From contig JAHQWG010000016.1 of NCBI GenBank assembly GCA_029856045.1, forward strand, positions 480,001 through 544,000: a stretch of DNA of 64,000 nt. Direction: 5' to 3'. The notes beneath the pieces were generated by a model. It made no database searches and had not been told where the DNA came from. It saw nothing but the letters and a program-made list of their open reading frames with translations. The position numbers and the translations under genes are program-made. The stretch is from Promethearchaeia archaeon. Its GTDB lineage: Archaea; Asgardarchaeota; Lokiarchaeia; Sigyniarchaeales; SOKP01. This document shows, piece by piece, positions 11,127 to 21,872 of this stretch. Position 1 is the first letter of the stretch, and each line of letters starts with the position of its first letter.

Positions 11127-11651
11127 GTGATAAAGATAGTAGATTCCATAGCACTTCTTGAATCACAAGCTGAAGAATTTGAAAATAAAGCAAAAATAGA
11201 GATGAGAAAAAAGAATTACGGAGAAGCCATCTTATTTTTTGAAGAGGCTGTAGATATCTATCTCAAATTAAGGTGGGATGGAAAAATTAAGATGTTAGAA
11301 AAAACAATTAAACGGCTTCAAAACGTTATTGGGTTTGAAAACAACAATCACGTAAACTCTGATTTTGTCAATATTAAGCAAGAAATGGAGCATAAATCCA
11401 ATAATCTAACCATAAAAAAAGAAGTACCGGAAGAAATTAAAAATAAACTTGTAAAAATCGAAATGCTCGAAAGAAAAGCAGATAATGATGAGATACAAGG
11501 AAATGTGAAAAGAAGTTTTGATAGGTATCAAATAATCTTGGAATTAACAACTGATATAAATTCTTTAGAACAATTTAATTTTGAAAATAAAATTGTAGGA
11601 ATTAAAGAGAAAATAAATAAATTGACTGAAAGATTAAAGTCCAATTTATAA
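11127..11651 (+). CDS. Hypothetical helical protein (two TPR/MIT-like helical units)
   Basis: A..E...NYGEAI..FEEA pattern, with a second similar unit near the C-terminus. Confidence 0.6.
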   Translation: MIKIVDSIALLESQAEEFENKAKIEMRKKNYGEAILFFEEAVDIYLKLRWDGKIKMLEKTIKRLQNVIGFENNNHVNSDFVNIKQEMEHKSNNLTIKKEVPEEIKNKLVKIEMLERKADNDEIQGNVKRSFDRYQIILELTTDINSLEQFNFENKIVGIKEKINKLTERLKSNL

Positions 11652-11692
11652 AAAAAAATTTATTCTTTGTGTTCTTTAACATTTTAGATATA

Positions 11693-12721
11693 ATGAATAA
11701 TCCTTTCGCAAATTTTTATCGTGTACCGACATCTTTAGAACTCCTAGATATTGCTTTTAGTAGAGCTATGAAAAGCAGTGCTCAAGTATCTAAAAATGCA
11801 CCTAAAATATTAAAAGCAAGAAAAAAGGAAATTAAAAGAATTCAAGTCGCAATCAAAGAAATTATAGATAGAATATTAAAAATTATTAAAATGGTTCCGA
11901 TTATTGAGGAAATACCCGAATTCTATCGAGAATTGGCTTCATTAATCGTTAATACTGATGAATTAAGACTAACTCTAGGGAAATTAAATGGTATATTGCC
12001 TATCTTAAGTAAAATTGAAAGAGAATATAAAACTCGAATTAAAAAAACAGAAATACCCAAAGAAGCTGTGAAATATAGACGAGAAGTATTTGGAAGAATA
12101 TCTTCAATAATAAACAAACAAAAGCATAATCTCGACTATTTAAATGAAATTAGAGGAGAATTAAGAAGAATCCCTTCTATTGATTATGAAATTCCTTCAA
12201 TTGTTATTGCTGGCTATCCTAATGTGGGAAAAAGTAGTCTTGTAAGTTTAATTTCCACAGTAAAACCAGAAATTCAACCATATCCTTTCACTACGAAGAA
12301 AATTATTATCGGACATCATATAGTAGAAAAAAATTATGATAAGATGAAACTCCAAATAATTGATACCCCCGGAATCTTAGATAGACCTATGTCAAAAAGA
12401 AATAAGATTGAACTGCAAGCAATATTAGCTCTTAACTTGATTTCTGATTTAATAGTCTTCATATTTGACCCTACTCCAGCTTGTGGATATGATATTGATT
12501 GTCAGGTGGATTTATATTATGAAATTTGTAATAATTTCTCTAAAGATGGCAAAATTCCAATTATCATCGTTTTAAATAAAATGGATCTAGCTAATGAGGA
12601 GGAAGTTCAATTTATAAAGAATAAATTAAATTTAAATGAAGATGATTTTTTTCTAATTAATGCTTTAAATGGAAAAAATGTAAAGGAACTACTTGAATTC
12701 GTAATAAATAAGTTGATATAA
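11693..12721 (+). CDS. NOG1-family (OBG-class) GTPase
   Basis: GYPNVGKSS, YPFTT, DTPG, NKMD motifs with an N-terminal helical domain; ATG at 11693 preferred over GTG at 11669. Confidence 0.93.
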   Translation: MNNPFANFYRVPTSLELLDIAFSRAMKSSAQVSKNAPKILKARKKEIKRIQVAIKEIIDRILKIIKMVPIIEEIPEFYRELASLIVNTDELRLTLGKLNGILPILSKIEREYKTRIKKTEIPKEAVKYRREVFGRISSIINKQKHNLDYLNEIRGELRRIPSIDYEIPSIVIAGYPNVGKSSLVSLISTVKPEIQPYPFTTKKIIIGHHIVEKNYDKMKLQIIDTPGILDRPMSKRNKIELQAILALNLISDLIVFIFDPTPACGYDIDCQVDLYYEICNNFSKDGKIPIIIVLNKMDLANEEEVQFIKNKLNLNEDDFFLINALNGKNVKELLEFVINKLI

Positions 12722-12853
12722 TCTTACTCTTCATATTTAAGATATTATTGATTTTTGTCTATTTTTTTAAAAAAAAATAAGGTAAAGCTATATATATGAG
12801 AAAAATAAATGTATTTTCGTTAATACAAAATACCTATATTTATCTATAAAACA

Positions 12854-14101
12854 ATGCAATTAGAAATTAAATCACTTTACACAAATTTTTTTAATTTTGT
12901 TATATGGGATGTCATTAAACCATTATTTAGTGGATTATCAATTAATATTCCTTATAATGAATTAAAAAAATCTGTTGGTAAGGTTTTTGTGAAGGGAGCT
13001 TTACATTATAAAGTCAATTACGACAATATTTTGAAAATATTAAAGAAATCTAATCTCCCAAGTGCTATTATAGATTATATTATTGATTTATTATCAAAAT
13101 TTGCTAATCAATTAGATAGTTACTTCTTAAAAAACGTAAATGATATAAAGTCAGTATATAAAGGTGAAGAACTCGAGAATATTTTACATGATTTTAATAA
13201 TATTATCAATGAATACATCTTAATTTCCTATTTCGATTTAATCGTATTAAAACAAGCAACTTCTTTACTCGTTTATGCATCTGATCTTTCATTAGCAGAT
13301 ATATATCAATGCAGAATGGAATTTACAGAGCTACTTAGATCAGCATTAGTTAAAGATTCATCTTTGAAAATTGCAGAACTACTAGAATCGATAAGAGAAA
13401 AATTGAGTAGTATTACTGATAACGAAAAAATAATTAATTTAATTATGATTCAATTAGCTAGTTTCTTTGAGTGGTTAGTATCTTCTGATGATTTTGAGAC
13501 AATTATTCCTATAATGAAGGAAATTCTCTCGCATGAAGTTATTAATTACCATCAAGTTTCTTCCTTAATTCCATCTAATAATGTAAATATTATAACTGAA
13601 TGGTTTAAACAACAGGTAATTGAAATACCAATAATTCTTTTAAAAAAATCATTATCTAATGATTTCACATATGAATGTGAGAACTTAAAACATGAGATTT
13701 TAGAGATTTTCAAATTATTTTTAAACGGAACCATAACATATGATATTCTCGAAAAGAGATTACAAGAAATTGGAAAAAAATTAGGTTTGGAAAAATTATA
13801 TAAAATTGAAGAAAATATTTTTGAATTTTTAGAATTAGACCAATCCCTAGATTTAGTGAAATCTTACCCTCTTCAAAAGATACATACAAAATTCAACTTT
13901 AATTTACCAAAATTTCAAAAACGAGAAAATGATCAAAAATATATTGAACAAGTAAATTTAATTATTCTTTATCAAATTTATAATAACAGTTTAACCTACT
14001 GTAAGTTTATTGAAGAAGAAAAAGCCATTGACCCATCATTAAAAAGATTAATCCAATATATTAAGAGCAAGATTCAAATTACCGAGACTTTATATATCTA
14101 G
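12854..14101 (+). CDS. Hypothetical all-helical protein
   Basis: 415-aa ORF with no recognised motif. Confidence 0.7.
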   Translation: MQLEIKSLYTNFFNFVIWDVIKPLFSGLSINIPYNELKKSVGKVFVKGALHYKVNYDNILKILKKSNLPSAIIDYIIDLLSKFANQLDSYFLKNVNDIKSVYKGEELENILHDFNNIINEYILISYFDLIVLKQATSLLVYASDLSLADIYQCRMEFTELLRSALVKDSSLKIAELLESIREKLSSITDNEKIINLIMIQLASFFEWLVSSDDFETIIPIMKEILSHEVINYHQVSSLIPSNNVNIITEWFKQQVIEIPIILLKKSLSNDFTYECENLKHEILEIFKLFLNGTITYDILEKRLQEIGKKLGLEKLYKIEENIFEFLELDQSLDLVKSYPLQKIHTKFNFNLPKFQKRENDQKYIEQVNLIILYQIYNNSLTYCKFIEEEKAIDPSLKRLIQYIKSKIQITETLYI

Positions 14102-14175
14102 ATGATGATTCTTTTTTTAATTTCACTAAGTCTTTAAAAAATTATAATATTTTATGAGAATAGTTAAAAATATAT

Positions 14176-15258
14176 ATGACAGACAAGACATATTTGCTAG
14201 GACTTGACATTGGAGGGGCAAATTCTAAAGCTGCGTTAGTGGAATTTGATAATAAAAAGTTAAACAAAATTCGCACTGCTATTAGGTATTACCCATTTTG
14301 GGAAAAAAATATAAAAGAATTCCCTAAAATGCTAAGAAATTTAAGCACACAACTGTTAGGAGAGAGTAATATTGATTTCAATGATATAAATAAAATTGCA
14401 GTTACTATTACGGCCGAGTTATCTGACGCTTTCCAGACTAAAAAGGAAGGGATTCAAACCATCTTAGAGGTGCTAAAAAAAGTCTTCGAGTCAGATAAAA
14501 TCATGGTGATCAACAATCAAAATGTATTCTTTAAAGTTCAAGACGCGTTGGAAAATTATCTAAATGTTGCTGGAGCAAATTGGGTTGCAACAGCTCTATT
14601 TCTCGGCTCATATAAACCGGACTGTATTTTAATTGATGCTGGTTCAACAACTATTGACCTTATCCCTATAAAAGATGGAAAACCTCAAACAATTGGTAAA
14701 GATGATGTTTCAAGAATAATGAATCACGAATTAATTTATACTGGTGCTTTAAGAGCTACCATTCCCTCAATAACTCATTTTGTTCCATTTAAGAGGAAAA
14801 ATTGTAGAATTTCATTTGAAAAGTTTGCATTAATTGCAGATGTTCATCGTATTTTGGGGCATATTACCGAACAGGAATATTCTTGTGATACTGCAGATAA
14901 TCGCTCAAAATCCTTTTATAATTGCTATGCTCGGCTTTCACGTATTATATGCGGTGATTTAGAGCAATTAACAAAAGATGAGTTGAATATAATTGCTAAC
15001 TATATATATCAAACTCAACTTAAAATTATTATGAGTGAAATTCAGTTGTTTATAGAACAAACATCTTATAGACTGCCAGATTTAACGCAAAATCCATTAT
15101 TTATTACAACGGGTTTAGGTGAGAAATTTTTAATAAATACTGCGCTAAAAAATTTGGGATATAATAATATAGTAAGCTTTTCAGACGTAATCAAGTTTCC
15201 AGATAACGTGATATCCTCCGCTATTGCTGTTGCGGGGGCATTAAATCTATTTATATAA
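14176..15258 (+). CDS. mfnF: Hydantoinase/oxoprolinase-family C1-transfer protein, MfnF-like (methanofuran biosynthesis)
   Basis: GLDIGGANSK, TAELSDAF..K.EG, ANW.AT, DAGSTTIDLIP, ELIYTG.LR motifs. Confidence 0.8.
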   Translation: MTDKTYLLGLDIGGANSKAALVEFDNKKLNKIRTAIRYYPFWEKNIKEFPKMLRNLSTQLLGESNIDFNDINKIAVTITAELSDAFQTKKEGIQTILEVLKKVFESDKIMVINNQNVFFKVQDALENYLNVAGANWVATALFLGSYKPDCILIDAGSTTIDLIPIKDGKPQTIGKDDVSRIMNHELIYTGALRATIPSITHFVPFKRKNCRISFEKFALIADVHRILGHITEQEYSCDTADNRSKSFYNCYARLSRIICGDLEQLTKDELNIIANYIYQTQLKIIMSEIQLFIEQTSYRLPDLTQNPLFITTGLGEKFLINTALKNLGYNNIVSFSDVIKFPDNVISSAIAVAGALNLFI

Positions 15259-15277
15259 AAAATGTTGATATTTATAG

Positions 15278-16045
15278 ATGATTGATGATGTTCTTTTATT
15301 TAAAATCGGAGGAAAAATAATCGATCACAAGCCTGATTTAGATAATACTATCTCCCAATTACGTGCCATTAAAGAAATTAAACCATCGATAAAATCAATA
15401 ATTTTAATAGCTGGAGGGGGCTCTAATGTTGATCAAATTCGAAAATCCTATAAAAGAGGAGAAATCAATGATGAGGTTGCGCATTGGCAAGCAATTAAAA
15501 TTATGGATCTGAATGCTATAAAAATTCAAGATCTCAATAAAGATTTTACTCTTACTGATTCATTCATTGAATTAACAAGGTTAGTGTCGTCATCTGGACA
15601 GTTTAAAATAATTAATTTTCCAACCTTTAAATATCTAAAAAGAAATGATGAGCTTCCCCATAACTGGAATACTACTTCAGATTCGATTTCATATTTTATA
15701 GCCAGTAAATTGAATCTCTTAAAATGTTTTTTAATTAAAGATATGGATGGAATTTATCTCAAAGACGGTAAAAAAATAATAAAGAATTTATCAATAAATG
15801 ATTTTCAAAAATTACAAAAAAACGATCAATTATTCAATCCCATAAAAATTAACAGAATTACTGGAATACCTATATTTAAAAAAAAATCTACGCCAATAGA
15901 TTCTTACTTATTAAACCTGATAAAAAAAAATAAATTAAATTGTATTATATTAAATGGAAAAATGCCATCTACAAATATTACAAAATATTTTCAATCTATA
16001 AACGAATATGAGAAAGTTTATACAAAATTATACTGCAACGCTTAA
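15278..16045 (+). CDS. mfnE: Amino-acid-kinase family protein, MfnE-like
   Basis: KIGG, AGGG, AHW.AI..MD, LPHNW.TTSDSI, KD.DG motifs; adjacent to the mfnF-like gene. Confidence 0.72.
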   Translation: MIDDVLLFKIGGKIIDHKPDLDNTISQLRAIKEIKPSIKSIILIAGGGSNVDQIRKSYKRGEINDEVAHWQAIKIMDLNAIKIQDLNKDFTLTDSFIELTRLVSSSGQFKIINFPTFKYLKRNDELPHNWNTTSDSISYFIASKLNLLKCFLIKDMDGIYLKDGKKIIKNLSINDFQKLQKNDQLFNPIKINRITGIPIFKKKSTPIDSYLLNLIKKNKLNCIILNGKMPSTNITKYFQSINEYEKVYTKLYCNA

Positions 16046-16070
16046 AGGTAGTGAAGCTATCACGCATAGA

Positions 16071-16472
16071 TCAAACCGAAGGATTAATCTTTTTAAAGCA
16101 TTGACAGCAAGGAATCCCTATAATAATTTTATTTTTATAATTTTTTGGTTTATGCATTAATTTTAACAAATTTTCTTTTAATTTTTTCGCAAATTCAGTT
16201 TCTTCAAAATAAAATCTCATTAAATCATCTTTATGATTTTCTCCTTTACAAATAGGACAAATAGAATAAAATTCTAAGAAATTATCACAAATTTTCTTTT
16301 CTTCATCAGATAAGGCTTCATAGTCTTGATTAACAGCATATGTATCTTCAAATAATATTTCTTGTATTCTTTCAATATCTGCTAGCATTTGCTCTCTAAT
16401 CCAAGTTATGGTATCAATATCTCCCTCATGATTTTCCTCTGATTCAAATGGATTCGAAGAAAAATAAGACAT
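16071..16472 (-). CDS. Small putative Zn-binding protein
   Basis: CPIC and CCQC pairs; acidic N-terminus. Confidence 0.65.
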   Translation of the reverse strand: MSYFSSNPFESEENHEGDIDTITWIREQMLADIERIQEILFEDTYAVNQDYEALSDEEKKICDNFLEFYSICPICKGENHKDDLMRFYFEETEFAKKLKENLLKLMHKPKNYKNKIIIGIPCCQCFKKINPSV

Positions 16473-16540
16473 ATCTATATCTTAGAAAATAATTTAATTA
16501 AATAAACTTTAGTTTCCCTTTTCTTTATTCAAATCGGGAG

Positions 16541-17671
16541 CTACTTTTTTTTTCCTTTTTTTAATTCTTGCTTTATTTTTTCAATCTTTCGGTCTTTTAT
16601 CCAATAACGAATTTTTTGATTCGATAATAATGATTGAACTCGATCATTTAATTTTTGGAATATTTTCTTGTCAGCTTCAGATAATTGCGGGATCTTCTCT
16701 AAAGAATAATCTTCTTCAGAAGGAATGATTTGTTCTTCTTCAGGAAAAGGAATCGTTATCTGCTTTTTTTTATCCAATAACTTCTCTCTTAAAATTCTCT
16801 TGATATTTCTTCCCCACCCTTGTATCCATGGAAAATTCTCAGAATCTTTTGGGTCCTCGATTTCAATGTCAAAACGTTTAACTATTATTAGATCTTCAGG
16901 ACAACTGTTTTGGCATGCTCCACAATATATACAATCATCATCTTTCACTGCAATTTTCCCATATTTTTTAACATCCTCGGCAGTTTCAGGAATAAAAAAG
17001 GATTCAGTCGGACAGATATTAACACAGGCCTTGCAACCTGTCGGATCGCATCGATGAAGCATATTTTGTTTAATTATAACCTCTCCTTTAATCGGAGATT
17101 CTATTTTAAAGCATTTTGTTGGACATTCTTTTTGAATTTTTAAAAAATCTTTAATAAAATTTCCTTCCCTGACTTTTAAACATAAGTTACATATCTCATT
17201 TTTAGTGTCCTTAATGCATTTCTCAAAATCAATCTTATAAAAAGGTTTAAGTTTTGGATACTGGGCTAAAATTATTTGTTCTTCAGGTTTTATAGTCGTT
17301 TCATATACATCATTTATACAAACAACAGGACATAACATGCAATAACAACATTTATCATAATCAATTATGATATAAGGTGCATTTTCTATAATACCTTGTG
17401 CGATTTCGGGAACTGGACCTAATTCAATTGCGTCTGTGGGGCAAACTAATTTACAAAAACTGCATCCAACACATTTATTCAAATCATAAATTAATTTTTT
17501 ATTAACATCTTTAAATTTCCAAGAAAAAACTAAGTTTGCGCCTTCAACATCTGAGGCTTTTAATATATCATCGATTTGCTCTTCATGAGCATTTAAATCT
17601 TTAGCTTCTTTATCGTTAGATCTCGAAATTATAATCAGAGTCCAATCGTTTATGAAATTTACCAGTTCCAA
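16541..17671 (-). CDS. Polyferredoxin, FwdF-like
   Basis: Several CxxCxxCxxxC(P) motifs; CVGC..C..VCP.DAIELGP..EIA.G....P...ID..KC pattern of FwdF; start position uncertain. Confidence 0.8.
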   Translation of the reverse strand: MELVNFINDWTLIIISRSNDKEAKDLNAHEEQIDDILKASDVEGANLVFSWKFKDVNKKLIYDLNKCVGCSFCKLVCPTDAIELGPVPEIAQGIIENAPYIIIDYDKCCYCMLCPVVCINDVYETTIKPEEQIILAQYPKLKPFYKIDFEKCIKDTKNEICNLCLKVREGNFIKDFLKIQKECPTKCFKIESPIKGEVIIKQNMLHRCDPTGCKACVNICPTESFFIPETAEDVKKYGKIAVKDDDCIYCGACQNSCPEDLIIVKRFDIEIEDPKDSENFPWIQGWGRNIKRILREKLLDKKKQITIPFPEEEQIIPSEEDYSLEKIPQLSEADKKIFQKLNDRVQSLLSNQKIRYWIKDRKIEKIKQELKKGKKK

Positions 17672-17796
17672 TTAAAATATAATATTTACTAAATAAAAAT
17701 TTCACTTCTATAAATTTTTAATTAGCCGCACTAAATAAGCTTCTTAAAATTATGTTTTTAGTAGCATCGAATAAGTAAAACTAATTTTTTTTCTAA

Positions 17797-18564
17797 TTAA
17801 AAATCAAAAAACCAATCATTTTCATCTTCTTTCCATAGAAAATCCATCAGTTTTGACATGTCTTCAAGTAAGATTTTAACAGATAACTTATTTTGGGCTC
17901 TCTGAATCCTAGGAATCTCTTGAAAAAACATCTCATCAATTAGTTCTTCAATACTGAATCTCCCAAAAAATTTATCTGTATTGAAAAAGAAAGTTGTTAA
18001 AATTTCCGTACTTTGATTTTTATATTCTCCTAATTCGTCTTTGTAACTTTTTTCTAAATTTTTCTTAATTTGTCTTAATAAACATTCTTTTCGTATAATC
18101 AGTTGATTTCTTTTTTCATCAAAATCTCTTAGTTGCTTATCTATTTTTTTAATTTCTGAACCTAAATAATGAATTTTTTCCGATTCATCTTTTAATCCCT
18201 CTAAATCAGCACAAATTTCTGAAAATTGTGTCTTAATTAAATTTTCACTTTCTTTTTCTAAATTGTGTTTAATATTAAAATAATTAGGGGAAATATCAAT
18301 ACTCAGTGATATATTATCTTTTATTTTATATCCTTTGCCCCTTTTATTTAGAATATCAACCTCCTCTATGAGATCAAAGATTTTAAGCACCTCTATTTGA
18401 GAATGAACCGCTTGTCTAGATATATTTAGCACTTTTGCTAATTCTGCAATTGATAATGGAACTTTTGAAATTTTACTCAAAATAGATCTTCTTGTTGGGT
18501 TTCCGATAATTTCTAAGAAATCATCAAGATTTCTTTTAATTTTATTTTTTATTATTTTAGACAC
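17797..18564 (-). CDS. ArsR-family HTH regulator, HSR1/Phr-like heat-shock regulator
   Basis: IGNPTRRSIL..ELAK.L.ISRQAV..Q wHTH plus coiled coil; same operon as cdc48 and hsp20. Confidence 0.82.
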   Translation of the reverse strand: MSKIIKNKIKRNLDDFLEIIGNPTRRSILSKISKVPLSIAELAKVLNISRQAVHSQIEVLKIFDLIEEVDILNKRGKGYKIKDNISLSIDISPNYFNIKHNLEKESENLIKTQFSEICADLEGLKDESEKIHYLGSEIKKIDKQLRDFDEKRNQLIIRKECLLRQIKKNLEKSYKDELGEYKNQSTEILTTFFFNTDKFFGRFSIEELIDEMFFQEIPRIQRAQNKLSVKILLEDMSKLMDFLWKEDENDWFFDF

Positions 18565-18594
18565 TATCTTTCTCCTCCAATCTCTTTTATAATT

Positions 18595-20832
18595 TTATCC
18601 ATATAAAGATTCTTCTGGACCCGCCGTTTTCTTAGATCTCATATAAGATTTCGTATGTTCATCTGCCCGCTTTAAAATTTTATTAATAGCTTCTTCAAAA
18701 TGTTTTTTTTCAATATTAATAGTTTCGATTTTTTCCAGTTCTTCATTAAATATTTGCTTTTGTAAAACTGCTTCTCTAATGGCCAGTAATGTAGCTTCTT
18801 CACTTATAGCTTGAACATCTGCACCAGTATAACCATCTAATTTTTCCGCTAATTCTTCTAGATTTACATCTTCACCAGTTGGCTTTTCTTTTAAATGGAT
18901 TTTAAAGATTTCAATAAGCGCTTCCTTATCCGGTAAATCAATTTGAACATGTCTCCCAAATCTACCTGCTCTTAATAGAGCTGGGTCTAACATATCTGGT
19001 CTGTTCGTGGCTGCAACTAATACAACGTCCCTTAATTCTTCTAAACCATCCATTTCAGTTAAAAGTTGAGAAATCACTTGTTCAGTTACCTGAGAACCTA
19101 TATGCATACCTCTTATACCCGCAATTGCATCGATTTCATCGAAAAATACTATACAAGGAGCTGCCATTCTTGCCTTTCTAAAGGTCTCTCTAACGGCTTT
19201 TTCGCTCTCTCCAACCCATTTTGATAAAAATTCAGGACCTTTTACGGAAATAAAATTTACTTCACTCTCGTGAGCTAAAGCTCTTGCTAATAATGTTTTG
19301 CCTGTTCCAGGTGGGCCAAATAGTAATATTCCATTTGGTGGTTTTGAATTCATATGCTTATATAAGTTTGGATATTTAAGTGGCCATTCAATAATCTCTT
19401 TTAATTGCTGTTTTGCATCTTCTAATCCGCCAACATCATCCCAAGTTTCTTTAGGCGTAGATATTAATACTTCCCTTAATGCCGATGGTTCAATACTAGT
19501 GAGTGCTTGATTAAAATTCTCCATCGTAATCTGAATTTTATCTAAAATCTCTGCTGGTATTGGTTTCTCCATATCTATTTCGGGTAGAATACGTCTTAAA
19601 CTTAACATAGCTGATTCTTTAGCTAATGCTTCAATATCTGCTCCCACAAATCCATGGGTTCTATCTGCTAATTCTTCTAAGTCAACATCCTTATATAAGG
19701 GCATTCCTCTTGTATGAATTTGCAAGATCTCATACCGTCCATCTCTATTTGGAACACCAATAACGATTTCTCTATCAAACCTTCCAGGACGCCTTAATGC
19801 TTCGTCAATATCGTTCACTCTATTTGTAGCTCCAATAACAATTATTTCTCCTCTTGATTCTAAACCATCCATAAGAGATAACAATTGAGCAACAACCCTT
19901 CTCTCAACTTCCCCAGTAACTTCCCCTCTCTTGGGAGCAATAGAATCTAATTCATCAATAAAAATAATCGAAGGAGCATTTTTTTTCGCGTCTTCAAATA
20001 TATTTCTCAAATTTTCTTCACTTTGCCCATAAAATTTACTCATTATCTCTGGACCTGAAATAGTTATGAAATGTGCATCTGTTTCATAAGCAACTGCTCT
20101 TGCTAATAACGTTTTACCCGTTCCTGGTGGTCCATGCAATAGAACTCCTTTTGGTGGAGATATGCCCGCTCTTTTAAATAATTCTGGATGTCTCATCGGT
20201 AACTCAATCATTTCTCTAATTTTTCTAATCTCTTCATTTAACCCACCGATATCTTCATAGGTTACTTGTTGTTTCTCAGCAGCCTCGACCTCCTCTATGG
20301 TCTTCTCTGAAACTATAATTTTGGTTCTAGAATGAATTCTAACTGCCTCAGCTTGAGGAGTAAATTTCATAATCATAAAATCAAATCTTTGTCCCATTGC
20401 ATAAAAACTAATGATATCTCCTTTTGTAACTACACGATTATCTAATAAATTGGCTAATGCTTTTGAATCCCTTATAACTACGGGCCTTCCAATTGAAGCA
20501 AATGTTATACTCTCTGCGAGTTTCGCTTCTATTTTTCTTATAATAACCCAATCATCAATAGAAGCGCTAAGATTTCTCCTTAATGAACTGTCTAATCTAA
20601 TGATACTCGATCCAACATCTTCTTTTCGGCCAGGATATAATAATCCAGATGTTCTCTTGTCCTTATATTCATTATAAACTTCAATTACATCTCCTGTTCC
20701 TAAATTGTGTTTTCTAGCTATCATTGGATCTATACGTAAAATCCCACGACCAACATCTTCTTTTAATGCATCAGCAATCCTTAGATAATCCTTCGCTTTA
20801 TTTTTATTTGATATTGAACTCAAAATTTTCAC
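18595..20832 (-). CDS. cdc48: CDC48/VCP/p97 AAA+ ATPase (VAT)
   Basis: N-domain plus two AAA modules (GPPGTGKT twice, DELD/DEID, RPGRFDR/RAGRF). Confidence 0.97.
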   Translation of the reverse strand: MKILSSISNKNKAKDYLRIADALKEDVGRGILRIDPMIARKHNLGTGDVIEVYNEYKDKRTSGLLYPGRKEDVGSSIIRLDSSLRRNLSASIDDWVIIRKIEAKLAESITFASIGRPVVIRDSKALANLLDNRVVTKGDIISFYAMGQRFDFMIMKFTPQAEAVRIHSRTKIIVSEKTIEEVEAAEKQQVTYEDIGGLNEEIRKIREMIELPMRHPELFKRAGISPPKGVLLHGPPGTGKTLLARAVAYETDAHFITISGPEIMSKFYGQSEENLRNIFEDAKKNAPSIIFIDELDSIAPKRGEVTGEVERRVVAQLLSLMDGLESRGEIIVIGATNRVNDIDEALRRPGRFDREIVIGVPNRDGRYEILQIHTRGMPLYKDVDLEELADRTHGFVGADIEALAKESAMLSLRRILPEIDMEKPIPAEILDKIQITMENFNQALTSIEPSALREVLISTPKETWDDVGGLEDAKQQLKEIIEWPLKYPNLYKHMNSKPPNGILLFGPPGTGKTLLARALAHESEVNFISVKGPEFLSKWVGESEKAVRETFRKARMAAPCIVFFDEIDAIAGIRGMHIGSQVTEQVISQLLTEMDGLEELRDVVLVAATNRPDMLDPALLRAGRFGRHVQIDLPDKEALIEIFKIHLKEKPTGEDVNLEELAEKLDGYTGADVQAISEEATLLAIREAVLQKQIFNEELEKIETINIEKKHFEEAINKILKRADEHTKSYMRSKKTAGPEESLYG

Positions 20833-20947
20833 CTATAATATGATCTTTTAGATTAATTTAATTAAATTTCTTGTTAAGATTTAAATAAATATTAATTATA
20901 AAAAAAAATAATTTTCCTATTTTTTCTCAAATTTTTTAATTTTACTT

Positions 20948-21577
20948 CTATTTTTTACGTTTCAACTTTAAAGATGCAATACCATTCTTTAATTCTAAAG
21001 TATAATCATTGATATCAAGATTTATAGGCAATTTAATTTCCTTATAAAACTTTCTACCATCTCTCTTAGCCTCTACTGTTAATTCTTCTCCTTTCTCATC
21101 AAAATTCAACTTAAGATCTTCCTTTTCAACGCCTGGAAGCTCTAAACAAATTTCAATTTGATCTTCAAAATCCGTAATTTCTATATATGGTTCGATATCT
21201 TCTTTCATTTTTTGACTGGCTTTTAACTCTCTTCTCTCTTCCTTACTTTCAGGTACTAATGATATTCCCTTTATCGTAGGTCGTTCTGTAATGAATTTCG
21301 GAATCCCTTTTAAGAATTTAGAAAGTGTCTCATCATCAACATCACCCTGTACTCTGATCTCAGGCTTATCCATTCCCGTCTGATAATTATATGATATAGA
21401 ATACGACTTGGTATCATTATTCTTGAAATTAAGATCATTATTAAAATCTATACTCGGAAACTCTGAGAAATCCATAAAACCGAAATTTTTATCAAAAAAA
21501 TCTGAAAAACCTTCAACTAAATTACGAAGTCTTTTCGTAAATCTCTTATAATTCTCATCAAATATATCATCATTCAT
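20948..21577 (-). CDS. hsp20: Small heat-shock protein (archaeal Hsp20)
   Basis: C-terminal alpha-crystallin domain (ELPGVEKED, LP, NG.A); SD GGAGGT. Confidence 0.9.
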   Translation of the reverse strand: MNDDIFDENYKRFTKRLRNLVEGFSDFFDKNFGFMDFSEFPSIDFNNDLNFKNNDTKSYSISYNYQTGMDKPEIRVQGDVDDETLSKFLKGIPKFITERPTIKGISLVPESKEERRELKASQKMKEDIEPYIEITDFEDQIEICLELPGVEKEDLKLNFDEKGEELTVEAKRDGRKFYKEIKLPINLDINDYTLELKNGIASLKLKRKK

Positions 21578-21614
21578 AGTTGTTTACCTCCATTTTTTTA
21601 TTTTTCAAATTCTC

Positions 21615-21637
21615 ATTGTCAATAAAGGATTGACAAT
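21615..21637. promoter_or_regulatory. Perfect inverted repeat ATTGTCAAT-N5-ATTGACAAT; probable heat-shock operator
   Basis: 9-bp arms with a 5-bp spacer, lying between the TATA box and the hsp20 SD. Confidence 0.75.
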
Positions 21638-21663
21638 CACTAATTATCAAATAATCAACTATA

Positions 21664-21671
21664 TATTTAAA
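21664..21671 (-). promoter_or_regulatory. Putative TATA box of the hsp20-cdc48 operon
   Basis: TTTAAATA on the minus strand, about 27 nt upstream of the operator. Confidence 0.5.
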
Positions 21672-21872
21672 TCTTATGATTATATTTAGAAAAATTCTAA
21701 AAGGATAAATTGGGTCAATTAATTTAAGTTCAATTACAAAAAAATCAAGATTATATAAATATTTCTACAATTCAGCATGAATTTTTAATAAAAATTCAGA
21801 GAGAGAGCTTTTAAAAAAATATAAATCTTCGAAAAATGATTATAATTTTAAGAAGAAAATGTCAATAGCGTC

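Noticed and set aside
11127-11138. Additional ATA start (11136) after GGTGA
   Set aside because: The GTG at 11127 has its own plausible SD (GAGGT), so no non-canonical start is needed
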